Positions 8,697 through 18,002 of a DNA stretch of 38,600 nt are shown piece by piece. The stretch comes from a bacterium (GTDB taxonomy: Bacteria > Zixibacteria > MSB-5A5 > GN15 > FEB-12), in NCBI GenBank assembly GCA_043811375.1, contig JBDRNJ010000052.1:1-38600 (forward strand), in the 5' to 3' direction. Each line of letters begins with the position of its first letter. Position 1 is the stretch's first letter. The notes beneath the pieces were generated by a model. The model was not told the DNA's origin. It worked only from the letters and a program-made list of their open reading frames with translations, and did not search any database. Both the position numbers and the translations under genes were made by a program.

Positions 8697-10085
8697 ATGC
8701 GCCTGCTGACGCAACGAAGATTCTTTTTCTTCATGGTTATAGCTGCCGTGTATGTGTTGTACGCGGTCGCTTTTGCCTCCAGCGGGGAAGCCGGAGGAGA
8801 TGCTGAGGAAGGACACGGCGGCCCGGTGCTGGAAATCCTTCTTCAGCTTATTGTCATCCTGCTGGCCGCAAAACTCGGCGGCGACATGTTTGAACGTTTC
8901 AAACAGCCGGCCGTGCTGGGCGAACTGGTGCTGGGCATGGTTATCGGCAATCTGCACCTGCTGGGATTTGATGTTTTCGAGCCGTTTAAGCATCATGTGA
9001 CACTGGAGGTGCTGGCCGAACTGGGCGTGATTATCCTGTTGTTTGAAGTCGGTCTGGAATCAACCGTCAAAGAGATGATGAAGGTTGGTCTGGCTTCGTT
9101 CATGGTAGCCATTTTCGGAGTGATAGCGCCCTTCTTTCTCGGCTGGGGTGTCGGCGCGCTGTTTCTCCCGGACGAGTCGATTTACGTGCACATATTTATC
9201 GGTGCCACCCTGACGGCCACATCGGTAGGTATAACTGCACGAGTCCTGAAAGACATCGGCAAAATCAAAACCAGGGAAGCCAAGATCATCTTAGGCGCGG
9301 CCGTTATCGACGATATCCTGGGGCTGGTAATTCTGGCGGTAGTGGCCGGAATCATAACGGCCGTCAATCAGGGGACGGACGAGGGAGTCAGTTCCGCGGC
9401 GGTGTTGTGGATTATTCTCAAGGCGGTGCTCTTCATCGTCGGCGCGATTGTTATCGGTGGATTCGTCCTACCGCAGTATTTCAACCTTGGCTTCAAGATG
9501 AAAGTCAAGGGGGTGCTGCTGTCATTTAGTCTGTTGGTATGTTTTCTGCTTTCCTACCTGGCCGGCATGATCGGGCTGGCGCCGATAGTCGGCGCTTTCG
9601 CCGCCGGTTTAATCCTTGACGAGGTATTCGTTAAGAAGTTTCGCGACCGGGGCGAGCAGCATCTGCATGAACTGATCGCTCCGATAGCTACTTTCATGGT
9701 GCCGATATTTTTCGTCAGAATGGGCATGTTGGTCGATTTGACCACTTTCGCCAGAGTGGAAATCCTGGGCTTTGCCGGTCTGATGACGCTGGCCGCCATC
9801 GCCGGTAAGCAGGTCTGTTCGCTGGCCGTGTTTGACAAAAGCATCAACCGGGTTGCGATCGGGCTGGGCATGATCCCCCGTGGTGAGGTCGGGTTGATAT
9901 TTGCCGGAATCGGCGCCAAACTGATGCTGGACGGCGAGCCGGTGATCAGCACCAGCACCTATTCCGCGGTCGTCATAATGGTAATCATCACAACTCTCGT
10001 AACGCCCCCGGCTTTGATCCATTCACTGCTGAGGGGCGACCGGAAGGAGGCTCAGAGTACCAAAGCCACCCCAGGCAAAGCATAA
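8697..10085 (+). CDS. Cation:proton antiporter, CPA2 family (NapA/KefB-like Na+/H+ exchanger)
   Basis: QPAVLGEL, LLFEVGLE, ATSVGIT, AAVIDDILG, GMIPRGEVGLIFA; about 12-13 TM segments; ggagg SD. Confidence 0.92.
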   Translation: MRLLTQRRFFFFMVIAAVYVLYAVAFASSGEAGGDAEEGHGGPVLEILLQLIVILLAAKLGGDMFERFKQPAVLGELVLGMVIGNLHLLGFDVFEPFKHHVTLEVLAELGVIILLFEVGLESTVKEMMKVGLASFMVAIFGVIAPFFLGWGVGALFLPDESIYVHIFIGATLTATSVGITARVLKDIGKIKTREAKIILGAAVIDDILGLVILAVVAGIITAVNQGTDEGVSSAAVLWIILKAVLFIVGAIVIGGFVLPQYFNLGFKMKVKGVLLSFSLLVCFLLSYLAGMIGLAPIVGAFAAGLILDEVFVKKFRDRGEQHLHELIAPIATFMVPIFFVRMGMLVDLTTFARVEILGFAGLMTLAAIAGKQVCSLAVFDKSINRVAIGLGMIPRGEVGLIFAGIGAKLMLDGEPVISTSTYSAVVIMVIITTLVTPPALIHSLLRGDRKEAQSTKATPGKA

Positions 10086-10151
10086 TTCCATTTTCATGCG
10101 CCGTCACGAATCCATTCGTGACGGCTTGCACATGGTACTGTCAGGAAAGGA

Positions 10152-10392
10152 TAAGCTGTCCCAAAAGGTCCATAAGTGCCGTTCCGGACACCGGAGTGGT
10201 CATGCTGAGCGGAGTCGAAGCATGGCAGCTATCGGCTGATTTATGGATTCCACGGTCCACCTCAATTTTCAATCGCGTAGCGGGTGCCGAGGGCACATTT
10301 ATTGTGTCTGCCGGTGACAACCCATTTATTATAGGTGGGAGACAGGCCCCCACCCTATGCGGACTGTAATCATCACCTTTTGAAACAGCCTA
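10152..10392. mobile_element. MITE-like element copy A with imperfect terminal inverted repeats and internal REP-like hairpins
   Basis: Left end aagctgtcccaaaaggt (10153-10169) versus right end accttttgaaacagcct (10375-10391): 14/17 inverted match. 10274-10375 is about 84% identical (86/102 by hand) to the reverse complement of 17669-17770. Lies between convergent genes. Confidence 0.65.
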
Positions 10393-10418
10393 CGAACATA
10401 CGCCGCTTACATGAAACA

Positions 10419-11462
10419 CTAACCGGGGCGACCCAGCAACTCCGTCACTGACTCCATCACCATTGCCGGCATGATACCACGCATACACTGCATCCGGTTT
10501 TCATCGGTCAGGGGGCACTTATTCTTCACGCAACTGATACAATCGAGATGGCTCAGGAAAACCAGCCGCTTGCGGGGTGAAATCGGTGACGTCGACTGCG
10601 GGTCATCAGCTCCCGACAGCACCACCAGCGGGATACCGACGGCTGCCGCCAGGTGAGCCGGGCCGGAATCGTTGCCGATAAATATGCTGGCGCCGGACAG
10701 AATGGCGGCAGCATCGCGCAGACCGGTCTTGCCGGCCAGGTTAGCCACAGCCCCACCTCCAGCCGCCGCTGTGATCCGGTCACCCTCGGAGCGGTCATCA
10801 TCCGAACCGATCAATACTACCTTAAAACCGTATCGGGAGATGATCGTCTTGGTGAGTTCGATGTAGTTATCGGTTCCCCATCGCCGCGACTCCGCCACTG
10901 CCCGAAATGCCACTGTGGCATACTCATCCCGTTCGCCGACACCAAACCCGGCCAGAATTTGCATCCCCCGCCGGACGTCGTCGTCATTGAGAAACAGCTT
11001 CGGCTGCGAGGCCTCTAACTCGGCCCCCGATCCGCGCCTGAGCAGGTCATAGTATAACTCGCTGCGGTGAACAGCGTTGAGTGGCGCCGGCAGGACCAGC
11101 GGACGCGACAACAGTAACCGACGCCCGTCAGTTATGTAACCGATACGCTCTTTGATCCCACCCAGCTTAAAAGCCGCCGCCGAGCCAAAGGAAGGCGGCA
11201 ACACGTAGCCGACATCGTAGCTGCCGGTGGCAATCAGGTCCCTTATCTTCATCACTGCTATCAGTCCGTGCACATGAGCCGGTGGAATACCGACAATCTC
11301 GTCAATGGCCGGGTTGTGCTCAAAAAGCCCGGTCAGGTTCTGCGGCGACAGCAGTGTGACCGTAGACCCCGGATAAGCCTCGCGCGTGTCATTGATCATA
11401 GGCAACGCCATAATAGAATCGCCCAGATGATTGGGTGTTCGGATTAGAATCTTGACAGACAT
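10419..11462 (-). CDS. waaF: Lipopolysaccharide heptosyltransferase II (GT9)
   Basis: KILIRTPNHLGDSIMALP; NLAGKTGL; GNDSGPAHLAAAVGIP; Cys-rich C-terminus CISCVKNKCP...CM. Confidence 0.85.
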   Translation of the reverse strand: MSVKILIRTPNHLGDSIMALPMINDTREAYPGSTVTLLSPQNLTGLFEHNPAIDEIVGIPPAHVHGLIAVMKIRDLIATGSYDVGYVLPPSFGSAAAFKLGGIKERIGYITDGRRLLLSRPLVLPAPLNAVHRSELYYDLLRRGSGAELEASQPKLFLNDDDVRRGMQILAGFGVGERDEYATVAFRAVAESRRWGTDNYIELTKTIISRYGFKVVLIGSDDDRSEGDRITAAAGGGAVANLAGKTGLRDAAAILSGASIFIGNDSGPAHLAAAVGIPLVVLSGADDPQSTSPISPRKRLVFLSHLDCISCVKNKCPLTDENRMQCMRGIMPAMVMESVTELLGRPG

Positions 11463-12928
11463 CAGCCGATATACTTGCCTTGCAACGCTATTTTGTCAAG
11501 AAGATACTTCTTGAGTTCTTCCAGGTATTTGTCCCTGGCTTCAAGGTGGTCAATTTTGCTTTCCAGATAAGTGATACGGGATATCTGGCCGTCCCGACAG
11601 CGGTAGTCGGCGATCTCGAGCTTGCTTTTGTTCAACCTGATCTGCTGATCGAGTATTTGCAGCTTGCGATAGCTGACATCGAGCCGGTTAATCAGGTTGA
11701 CTATTTCGGCACGAGCCGCTCGCCTGGCCCGTTCATATTCGATACGGGCTTTTTCCTCAGTCAGTCGCTCTGCTTTCACCGCGGCACCGGAGGCGCCACC
11801 ATCCCAGATGGGATAACTGAAGTCGAGCGATACCTGCCAGCTATTGGCCCGAATGTCGTCATCCGGGCTCCCCTCAGTAGTAACCTTGCCTCTGCCCAAC
11901 GTATACTTGGCTCTGAGATTGCCGTTAAGACCGTGTGCCGAGGCAGCATAGTCGGCCGATCTCTGGTCTTTGCGGTACTGGTACCAGGCCTTGAGCACGT
12001 CAACGCTTTCTTCGTAGCGCTCAATCGTCTGCTGTTGGTGCTGTCGGTCGGGATGATCGCTTAGTATGGGCACCCCTGGGGTCGGCCCCTCTAATTCATT
12101 GAAATCCAGCAGGATAGCCAACTCACGCGTTTTCTCCAGGAGCAGATTGTCCGTATCATACTGCTGAAGTTCAGTATCCAGACGAGAGGAATTCGACTCC
12201 AGCCAGGCTTCTTCGGAGATCACACCATCCTGGAACTTGGAGGAGTCTATCTCAGCCTGCAGTCGGGCGGCTTCGAACTGATCATTGGTCAGTTCCGCCT
12301 GCAGGGTTTGCTGCAGGACACCAAAGTATGCTTCGGTAATTTCGGTTTTCAATTCCGTTAGTTCCGTAACCTTGGTGAGATGAGCGATCTGAAGATCGTC
12401 TTTGCGATTATGCAGGTCATTCCTGGCATCCGAAGGTTTGAGAAATGGCTGGTCCAACTCGAAATCAAAGAAGCCCTGACGGGTATTCTCCTCAATGATC
12501 ACATTCAAGTCATTTCCGAACGGATACTCGGCCTGGTTGTTCAGCAGGTTGCCCCGAACAGTCAGTAACCCTCCGGAAAAGAGACTCTGCTTGAGCTGGA
12601 TATTGCCGCGAAAATCAAAGTCGGTAGTCTTGATCATACTCTTCCGCGGCTGTCCGAACCAACTGCGAAACGATTCATTCACACTATAGGCTGGCACACT
12701 GCCGTTGAGACTTATCTCCGGCAGATAGAAATTCACTCTCTCAGCGGAGTAATTACTTTCGGCGACTTCCAGGTTACCCCGGATGATCTCGGATCGGCTG
12801 GTGCGACTGACAGCCCGTTGCAGGGCGTCGTCGAGAGTGAGTTCACGCGGCCACGAAGACGGCGCCAAAAGGAACGGTATCAGGCCAACGCCGATACCGT
12901 AGCAGACGTTCCGGGTCATTATTGTCAT
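11462..12928 (-). CDS. TolC-family outer membrane efflux protein
   Basis: Signal-like N-terminus, ELTLDDALQRA, LPEISLNGS, LDFSYPIWDGG and coiled-coil repeats; adjacent to the MFP and permease genes. Confidence 0.85.
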   Translation of the reverse strand: MTIMTRNVCYGIGVGLIPFLLAPSSWPRELTLDDALQRAVSRTSRSEIIRGNLEVAESNYSAERVNFYLPEISLNGSVPAYSVNESFRSWFGQPRKSMIKTTDFDFRGNIQLKQSLFSGGLLTVRGNLLNNQAEYPFGNDLNVIIEENTRQGFFDFELDQPFLKPSDARNDLHNRKDDLQIAHLTKVTELTELKTEITEAYFGVLQQTLQAELTNDQFEAARLQAEIDSSKFQDGVISEEAWLESNSSRLDTELQQYDTDNLLLEKTRELAILLDFNELEGPTPGVPILSDHPDRQHQQQTIERYEESVDVLKAWYQYRKDQRSADYAASAHGLNGNLRAKYTLGRGKVTTEGSPDDDIRANSWQVSLDFSYPIWDGGASGAAVKAERLTEEKARIEYERARRAARAEIVNLINRLDVSYRKLQILDQQIRLNKSKLEIADYRCRDGQISRITYLESKIDHLEARDKYLEELKKYLLDKIALQGKYIG

Positions 12929-13001
12929 TAGTATTTCCCTCCTGAATATGAAAATTCAAACGATTGTGCCGCCATAACCGCACGTCGGCAGGCCGATTAC
13001 T

Positions 13002-14303
13002 CTACTCATACCGCAGGGCATCAATGACATCCAGTTGAGCGGCCTTGCCGGCCGGATAGAGACCAAACAGGATTCCCACCGCCGTGGATACACCGACTGC
13101 CAGGATTATCGAGAAGGCCGACACGATCGTCGGCCAGTCGGCATAGAAGGAAATCATCCTGGCCAGCGACAGGCCGACCCCGATCCCGATAACACAGCCG
13201 ACCAGGCAGATCATTACCGTTTCCATCAGGAACTGCCGCATTATATCCATACGAGTGGCACCGACCGCTCGCCGCACACCGATCTCGCGAGTGCGTTCCA
13301 GCACCGTAGCCAGCATGATATTCATGATACCGATACCGCCCACCAGCAACGAGATACCGGCGATGGCGCCCATGATGATGTTGAATATCCGCTGGGTTTT
13401 CTGTGTTTGTCGCAACAGCGACTCGGGCACCACAATGTCATAATCATCAACGCCGAAATGCCGACGTTTCAGGATCCGGTCCATCAGCTTGGCCACCGCC
13501 TGGACATGCTTCAGGTCGGTGACGGTCACCGTCAACTGGTCGATCTCCGGTATATTGAATTTCTGTTGCTCGCTTTCGTCGTTGCTCTGGTGAGAAGGGC
13601 GACTTCTGCGAAGGGCGGGGAAACTGCGGTCGAACTTCTTAAGGGCCGTATTGAAGGGGATATATACGTCCTCGTTAAGATTTTTCAGTTCGAATCCTTC
13701 CACCTTGCCGCGAGCGATATACTTGTCGGCCATCACTCCGACCACCATAAAGCTTAGATCACCGATCCGCACGGTGGCGCCGATCGGGTCCTCAAAGGCA
13801 AACAGGCTGCGTTTGGCCTTGGCGCCCAGAACACAGATTTGGGTACATGACCGGTTATCGTCGTCGGAAATGAATCGGCCCCGCTCCACCTCGACGGAAG
13901 AAGCATAGACATAGTCCGGCACAGTCGCTACCACCCTGACCGGCGCTTCGTCGGAACCATGATAAATGGTAGTAGCATTCTCAAACCGCTGCGGCACGAC
14001 ATTGGCCACCAGTTCGTCAAACTCCGCCAGGTTACGGCCATCGGCCAGGGACAATCCCGGCGAACGAGCCAGACCGATATCGGAGCTCATGCTTTCCTCC
14101 GGCTCGCGGGCGTTGACGATCACGTTGTTGATGCCCAAAATCGATATCTGTTCCAGGGCTTCCTGTTTGGCGCCTTCACCTATGGACAGCATGGCAATTA
14201 CCGCTCCCACGCCGAAGATGATACCGAGCATAGTCAAAAACGTCCGCAGCTTGTGCGCGGTCAGGGAATCAAGTGAAATATGATATACGTGGCTGTAGTT
14301 CAT
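13002..14303 (-). CDS. MacB/FtsX-family ABC transporter permease (no ATPase domain)
   Basis: HKLRTFLTMLGIIFGVGAVIAM; SLLVGGIGIMNIMLATVLERTREIGVRRAVGA; GLYPAGKAAQLDVIDALRYE. Confidence 0.92.
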   Translation of the reverse strand: MNYSHVYHISLDSLTAHKLRTFLTMLGIIFGVGAVIAMLSIGEGAKQEALEQISILGINNVIVNAREPEESMSSDIGLARSPGLSLADGRNLAEFDELVANVVPQRFENATTIYHGSDEAPVRVVATVPDYVYASSVEVERGRFISDDDNRSCTQICVLGAKAKRSLFAFEDPIGATVRIGDLSFMVVGVMADKYIARGKVEGFELKNLNEDVYIPFNTALKKFDRSFPALRRSRPSHQSNDESEQQKFNIPEIDQLTVTVTDLKHVQAVAKLMDRILKRRHFGVDDYDIVVPESLLRQTQKTQRIFNIIMGAIAGISLLVGGIGIMNIMLATVLERTREIGVRRAVGATRMDIMRQFLMETVMICLVGCVIGIGVGLSLARMISFYADWPTIVSAFSIILAVGVSTAVGILFGLYPAGKAAQLDVIDALRYE

Positions 14304-15598
14304 CAGGGACGTTTCCGGGGCTGACGACCGGAGTCCTTCTGAGGCGACTGGCGGCCTTTATTGATCTCCGGCTGGGTGGCCTTGTCACCGGGGAGACCCG
14401 TTTCTTCCAGAGTGGGATCGATCAGACAGATTTCTTCACCACCCTCCAGACCGTCGATAATCTCGATAGCCAGGTCATTGCGGCGACCGACCGTCACCTC
14501 TCTTTTCTTCTTGTTCTTCATGTAAACGACCGTCTCCCCTTCATTTTCGAATACCGCTTCCAGAGGAACCGACGTTACATCGGAGGTACGATCAATTATA
14601 ATGAAGCACGAGGCCGACATACCAGGCTTAAGGCGCTCGTCATTGTCCCGAATCGAGACCTCGACGTCGAAGACGTTGATACGGGAGTTGTATTCTTTCT
14701 TTCGAGCCAGGGTGCTCTTCTTGGTAACCAATCCCTGGTACTGTACATCAGGAATCGCATCCAGAGTCACCTCTACCATTTGCCCGGTGTCGACCTTGCT
14801 GGCATCCACCTCCGACACGGTGGTTTTAACCATCATCTCCGACAGGTCGGGCAGATTGATCAGCCCCTGCCCCGGCCAGGGTGAATCACCCTCCTGTACC
14901 TTACCCATAGTTCCCCCCTTCCAGATTTCCAGATAGACAACCAGCCCGGGAATAGTCGCCATCAGAGTCATTTGAGCCAGTTCCTTCCGGGCCAGTTCGA
15001 CTTTGTCACGAGCACGATCCACCTCCACTTCGGCTTTCTCTACGTCTGATTTCAACTGATCCAGTTTGGCGTCGATATTAAGTTCAGCCAGTTCCAGTTC
15101 CAGTTTGGCCTCTTCGGCTACCCGTGTTGCTTCGTGTTTCTTCTCGTCGTAATTGCGCCGCGCTTTTTCCAGGTCCAGCCGCAGTTGCTTTTCCTGGATG
15201 GTGTGTTCCTGCCTGGCCCGGTCGAGCGCCGTCAGCATGATCTTAAGGTTGGATTCGTTCTCGGACAGATCGGCATCCTGTTTGGTGGCGTCAAACTTTA
15301 TCAACGGATCACCGGTCACAACCATAGTGCCCTCCGGGGCCAGCCAGGTGATCTGTAAACCTCTAATGCGGGGCGCCGAAAGTGTCACCGCCCGGCGGGC
15401 ATCTACGCTGCCGTTTTCATTGAGGGCAATGACGAACTCCCCCCGGGAGGCTTTGGTCATCGGTATCTCATACGACGTGGTGAAAATGGCGTTCACACCA
15501 TAGTAGCCGCCGAGAATCACAATCAATGCTACCGCGGCAAATACAGCTTTTTTCAAAGTATTTCTCCTCACGATCGGAATCTTTTCAGAACGCTCCAT
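14303..15598 (-). CDS. Efflux periplasmic adaptor (MFP, MacA/HlyD-like)
   Basis: N-terminal TM, PEGTMVVTGDPL lipoyl half, long coiled coil, VSEVDASKV, LKPGMSA, VPLEAV, VTVGRRN...GLEGGE. Confidence 0.9.
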   Translation of the reverse strand: MERSEKIPIVRRNTLKKAVFAAVALIVILGGYYGVNAIFTTSYEIPMTKASRGEFVIALNENGSVDARRAVTLSAPRIRGLQITWLAPEGTMVVTGDPLIKFDATKQDADLSENESNLKIMLTALDRARQEHTIQEKQLRLDLEKARRNYDEKKHEATRVAEEAKLELELAELNIDAKLDQLKSDVEKAEVEVDRARDKVELARKELAQMTLMATIPGLVVYLEIWKGGTMGKVQEGDSPWPGQGLINLPDLSEMMVKTTVSEVDASKVDTGQMVEVTLDAIPDVQYQGLVTKKSTLARKKEYNSRINVFDVEVSIRDNDERLKPGMSASCFIIIDRTSDVTSVPLEAVFENEGETVVYMKNKKKREVTVGRRNDLAIEIIDGLEGGEEICLIDPTLEETGLPGDKATQPEINKGRQSPQKDSGRQPRKRP

Positions 15599-15675
15599 GC
15601 AGTCGGTCCGCAGTGGATGCCGGTTGATCCATATACCAGATCATACCGCCGTCACACGGGAAAGTTGCTTTCTTT

Positions 15676-16554
15676 CTACAGCTTCCAGCGCCGGTGCGTC
15701 CACATCCACTGGTCGGGATACCGGCGAATACCGTCCTCGAAAAATTTCGTGTACGCTTTGGTCATAGTCTCGATATCTTTCTCTTCGTTCCCGCTGTTGG
15801 GCGGATAGACGGGCGTACCGGCCATGACGACATGCCGGTCGTACCGTTCCCGCCGTATCAAAAACGGCAACAACGGGCAGCCGGCCCTGATAGCAAAAGC
15901 GGCCGGTCCTCTGGGCGTGGCCGCCGGACGTCCCAGGAAATTCACCACCACACCGCCCGAGGAAGCGTGCTGGTCGGACACCAGCCCGGCGATGCGATTA
16001 GCTCGCAGACACTTGAAAACTCCACGAGCGCTGGTTTTAAGAGAGACAATGCCGACTCCCATCTGACGACGGAAGTCGTTGAACAGCCGGTCGACTTTCT
16101 GGTTGTGCTGGGTACCGACCAGGAAATCCATCGGGTAACCGGCCGCGGCTACCCAACTCCCTAATAGCTCCCAGTTGCCGAAGTGGGCTGTCACCACCAA
16201 ACCTCCCCGACCCTCACGGCGAGTTTGCTGCAGGTGTTCTTCGCCGTCACCAACGACGATCTTCCGAGTTCCCGCCGGTTTTATTCTGCCGAAACGGGCA
16301 AACTCGATCAACGTCCGGCCGATGTTTTCAAACACTCGCCTGACGATAGCCTGCGTCTCCTCCGGCGAGACAGTATCCCCCAACGACCGCCGCAGGTTGT
16401 CATACGCTATATGACGGCGCGACGCCAGCAGGATGTACGCCAGCCGTCCGAGCGTGGCGCCAAAGACATCCGCCGCACGGGCCGACATCAGACCGGCCAG
16501 CTTGACACCCAGCCATGTAAAACCGTACTCAATGTGATGACTCAGCCGCGCCAT
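15676..16554 (-). CDS. Lipid A biosynthesis lauroyl/myristoyl acyltransferase (LpxL/HtrB family)
   Basis: TAHFGNWE, DQH, FLGRPAAT, IRRYPDQWMWTHRRWK. Confidence 0.9.
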   Translation of the reverse strand: MARLSHHIEYGFTWLGVKLAGLMSARAADVFGATLGRLAYILLASRRHIAYDNLRRSLGDTVSPEETQAIVRRVFENIGRTLIEFARFGRIKPAGTRKIVVGDGEEHLQQTRREGRGGLVVTAHFGNWELLGSWVAAAGYPMDFLVGTQHNQKVDRLFNDFRRQMGVGIVSLKTSARGVFKCLRANRIAGLVSDQHASSGGVVVNFLGRPAATPRGPAAFAIRAGCPLLPFLIRRERYDRHVVMAGTPVYPPNSGNEEKDIETMTKAYTKFFEDGIRRYPDQWMWTHRRWKL

Positions 16555-17513
16555 GGTTCATCGTCGTCATCGATTTGTTCGAGATGATCGGGATCACCAT
16601 AGTCAAAATCGATCGAATGCAGCCGTTCCTCCCTCTCCCATTTCCGGTAATACTGGCGCCGCCGCCGATAACGCAATATCGTTCCAATAACTACCAGCCC
16701 GGCCAGCGCCACCCAGAAATACATCGTGTCTGAGAAAAGGGTGGCGATATTGTAGTGCATGATCAGATGCTCGTGGTATTCATCTTCGAAATCATTATAA
16801 TCGGCTCCGCATGACGCCATCAGGGCATCATCGATCGTCCCACCCGAGGCCATTTCGTTCAGAAACCGTTTGAGAGCGTTACGCCCATACTGGTCCAGCA
16901 TGTATTTCACCGCCAGGTACGACTGGGCATAGGCCACCTGAGCTTTGCTCTGGTTAAAACGGTTCACCTGCTCGAAATCACTCAACGCCATCAGGTTGCC
17001 CAGCACGGCTGCCTTGCTCATAGCCAGATTATCCGACCAGCTCCACTCCATAGACACTAACATGGCCACTCCCTCATCGAACCACCGCGGCGCTCTGTTG
17101 AAACCGGTCCGGTGCGCCACCATCAGATGAGCATATTCATGCGCCAGCAACTGAGCCAGCGATTTACCGACGCGGAATTTGCCGGGAGATTTGATCGCCA
17201 TTGACTTCCGTTCCGGTATTGCTACCGCCGCTCCCCAGTCCGGAAAGCGTCCGCCCACCAGTCTGTTGAAGGCAGCCTCATTATCGAGAATGTATACCGC
17301 CGGCCGGTAGGGCAGCGTGTCCCCCAGAATCTCTCTAAGTTGCAGTCTGACAGTGGACAAGATGGAGTCCGCAATATCAATGTACATGGGGTTATCGGAG
17401 TGAAAGACGAAGTTTGTCCGTTCGACGGCGTCGGGTTGCCCGACGGCATCGACTGCAGCCGGTAACACCAGGACTAGGCAGATCAGAACGATTCGGGCGA
17501 TATGGGCACTCAT
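16542..17513 (-). CDS. Peptidase MA-like zinc metallohydrolase with signal peptide and C-terminal TM anchor
   Basis: LAHEYAH...PRWFDEGVA and AYAQSY motifs; hydrophobic N-terminus from ATG 17513; TM YFWVALAGLVVIGTIL followed by an Arg run. The ORF track's extension to 17780 runs through a repeat element. Confidence 0.8.
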   Translation of the reverse strand: MSAHIARIVLICLVLVLPAAVDAVGQPDAVERTNFVFHSDNPMYIDIADSILSTVRLQLREILGDTLPYRPAVYILDNEAAFNRLVGGRFPDWGAAVAIPERKSMAIKSPGKFRVGKSLAQLLAHEYAHLMVAHRTGFNRAPRWFDEGVAMLVSMEWSWSDNLAMSKAAVLGNLMALSDFEQVNRFNQSKAQVAYAQSYLAVKYMLDQYGRNALKRFLNEMASGGTIDDALMASCGADYNDFEDEYHEHLIMHYNIATLFSDTMYFWVALAGLVVIGTILRYRRRRQYYRKWEREERLHSIDFDYGDPDHLEQIDDDDEPWRG

Positions 17514-17651
17514 AATCTTAAGATAATCAAATGTGACGACAGGGCAAGGCGGCATAATCATTTGATTAATGACAACGGGCAAGGGTCCCCGGATTAATAA
17601 CGGCTTGAGATTTATAGACGACGGTCGAATTCTGTGGGTGGCGGAAATCCC

Positions 17652-17840
17652 GAGGCTGCCCTGACAGATGATGACTACATCCCGCGTAGGGTGGGGGCTT
17701 GTCTCCCACCAACAAAAGTGGCGATGCCACCGGCGGACGCAATAAATGTGCCCTCGGCACCCGCTACGCGGAGTTGGCAAGTTGTTACTTCATCCGTTAC
17801 AATAACAATGATGGCCAGTTCTAACTTTTGGGACAACCTC
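17652..17840. mobile_element. MITE-like element copy B (inverted relative to copy A) with a GTAG-REP-like doublet
   Basis: Ends gaggctgccctgacag (17652) and cttttgggacaacctc (17840); interior 17669-17770 homologous to 10274-10375; contains gtagggtgggggcttgtctcccacc and gtgccctcggcacccgctac. Confidence 0.6.
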
Positions 17841-18002
17841 ACCTCGTGTGCCCACTCCCCGCGGCAGACGAGGACGTCCGCCACGCACGTAGCAATCAGT
17901 TTCGTAGAGCAGCATTTTCTGCTGTTCGTTAAGAAAGAGTGCAAATCAGGCTGAGGGCAAGTGGAAACGCCGTGGGAAAAGTGACTGGTCCGGTTGCCTT
18001 AC

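Noticed and set aside
10118..10369. Short ORFs here and at 17634-17954 sharing the peptide RVAGAEGTFI...GGRQAPTL
   Set aside because: The similarity comes from the shared DNA repeat; no SD or protein-like features, so treated as non-coding.
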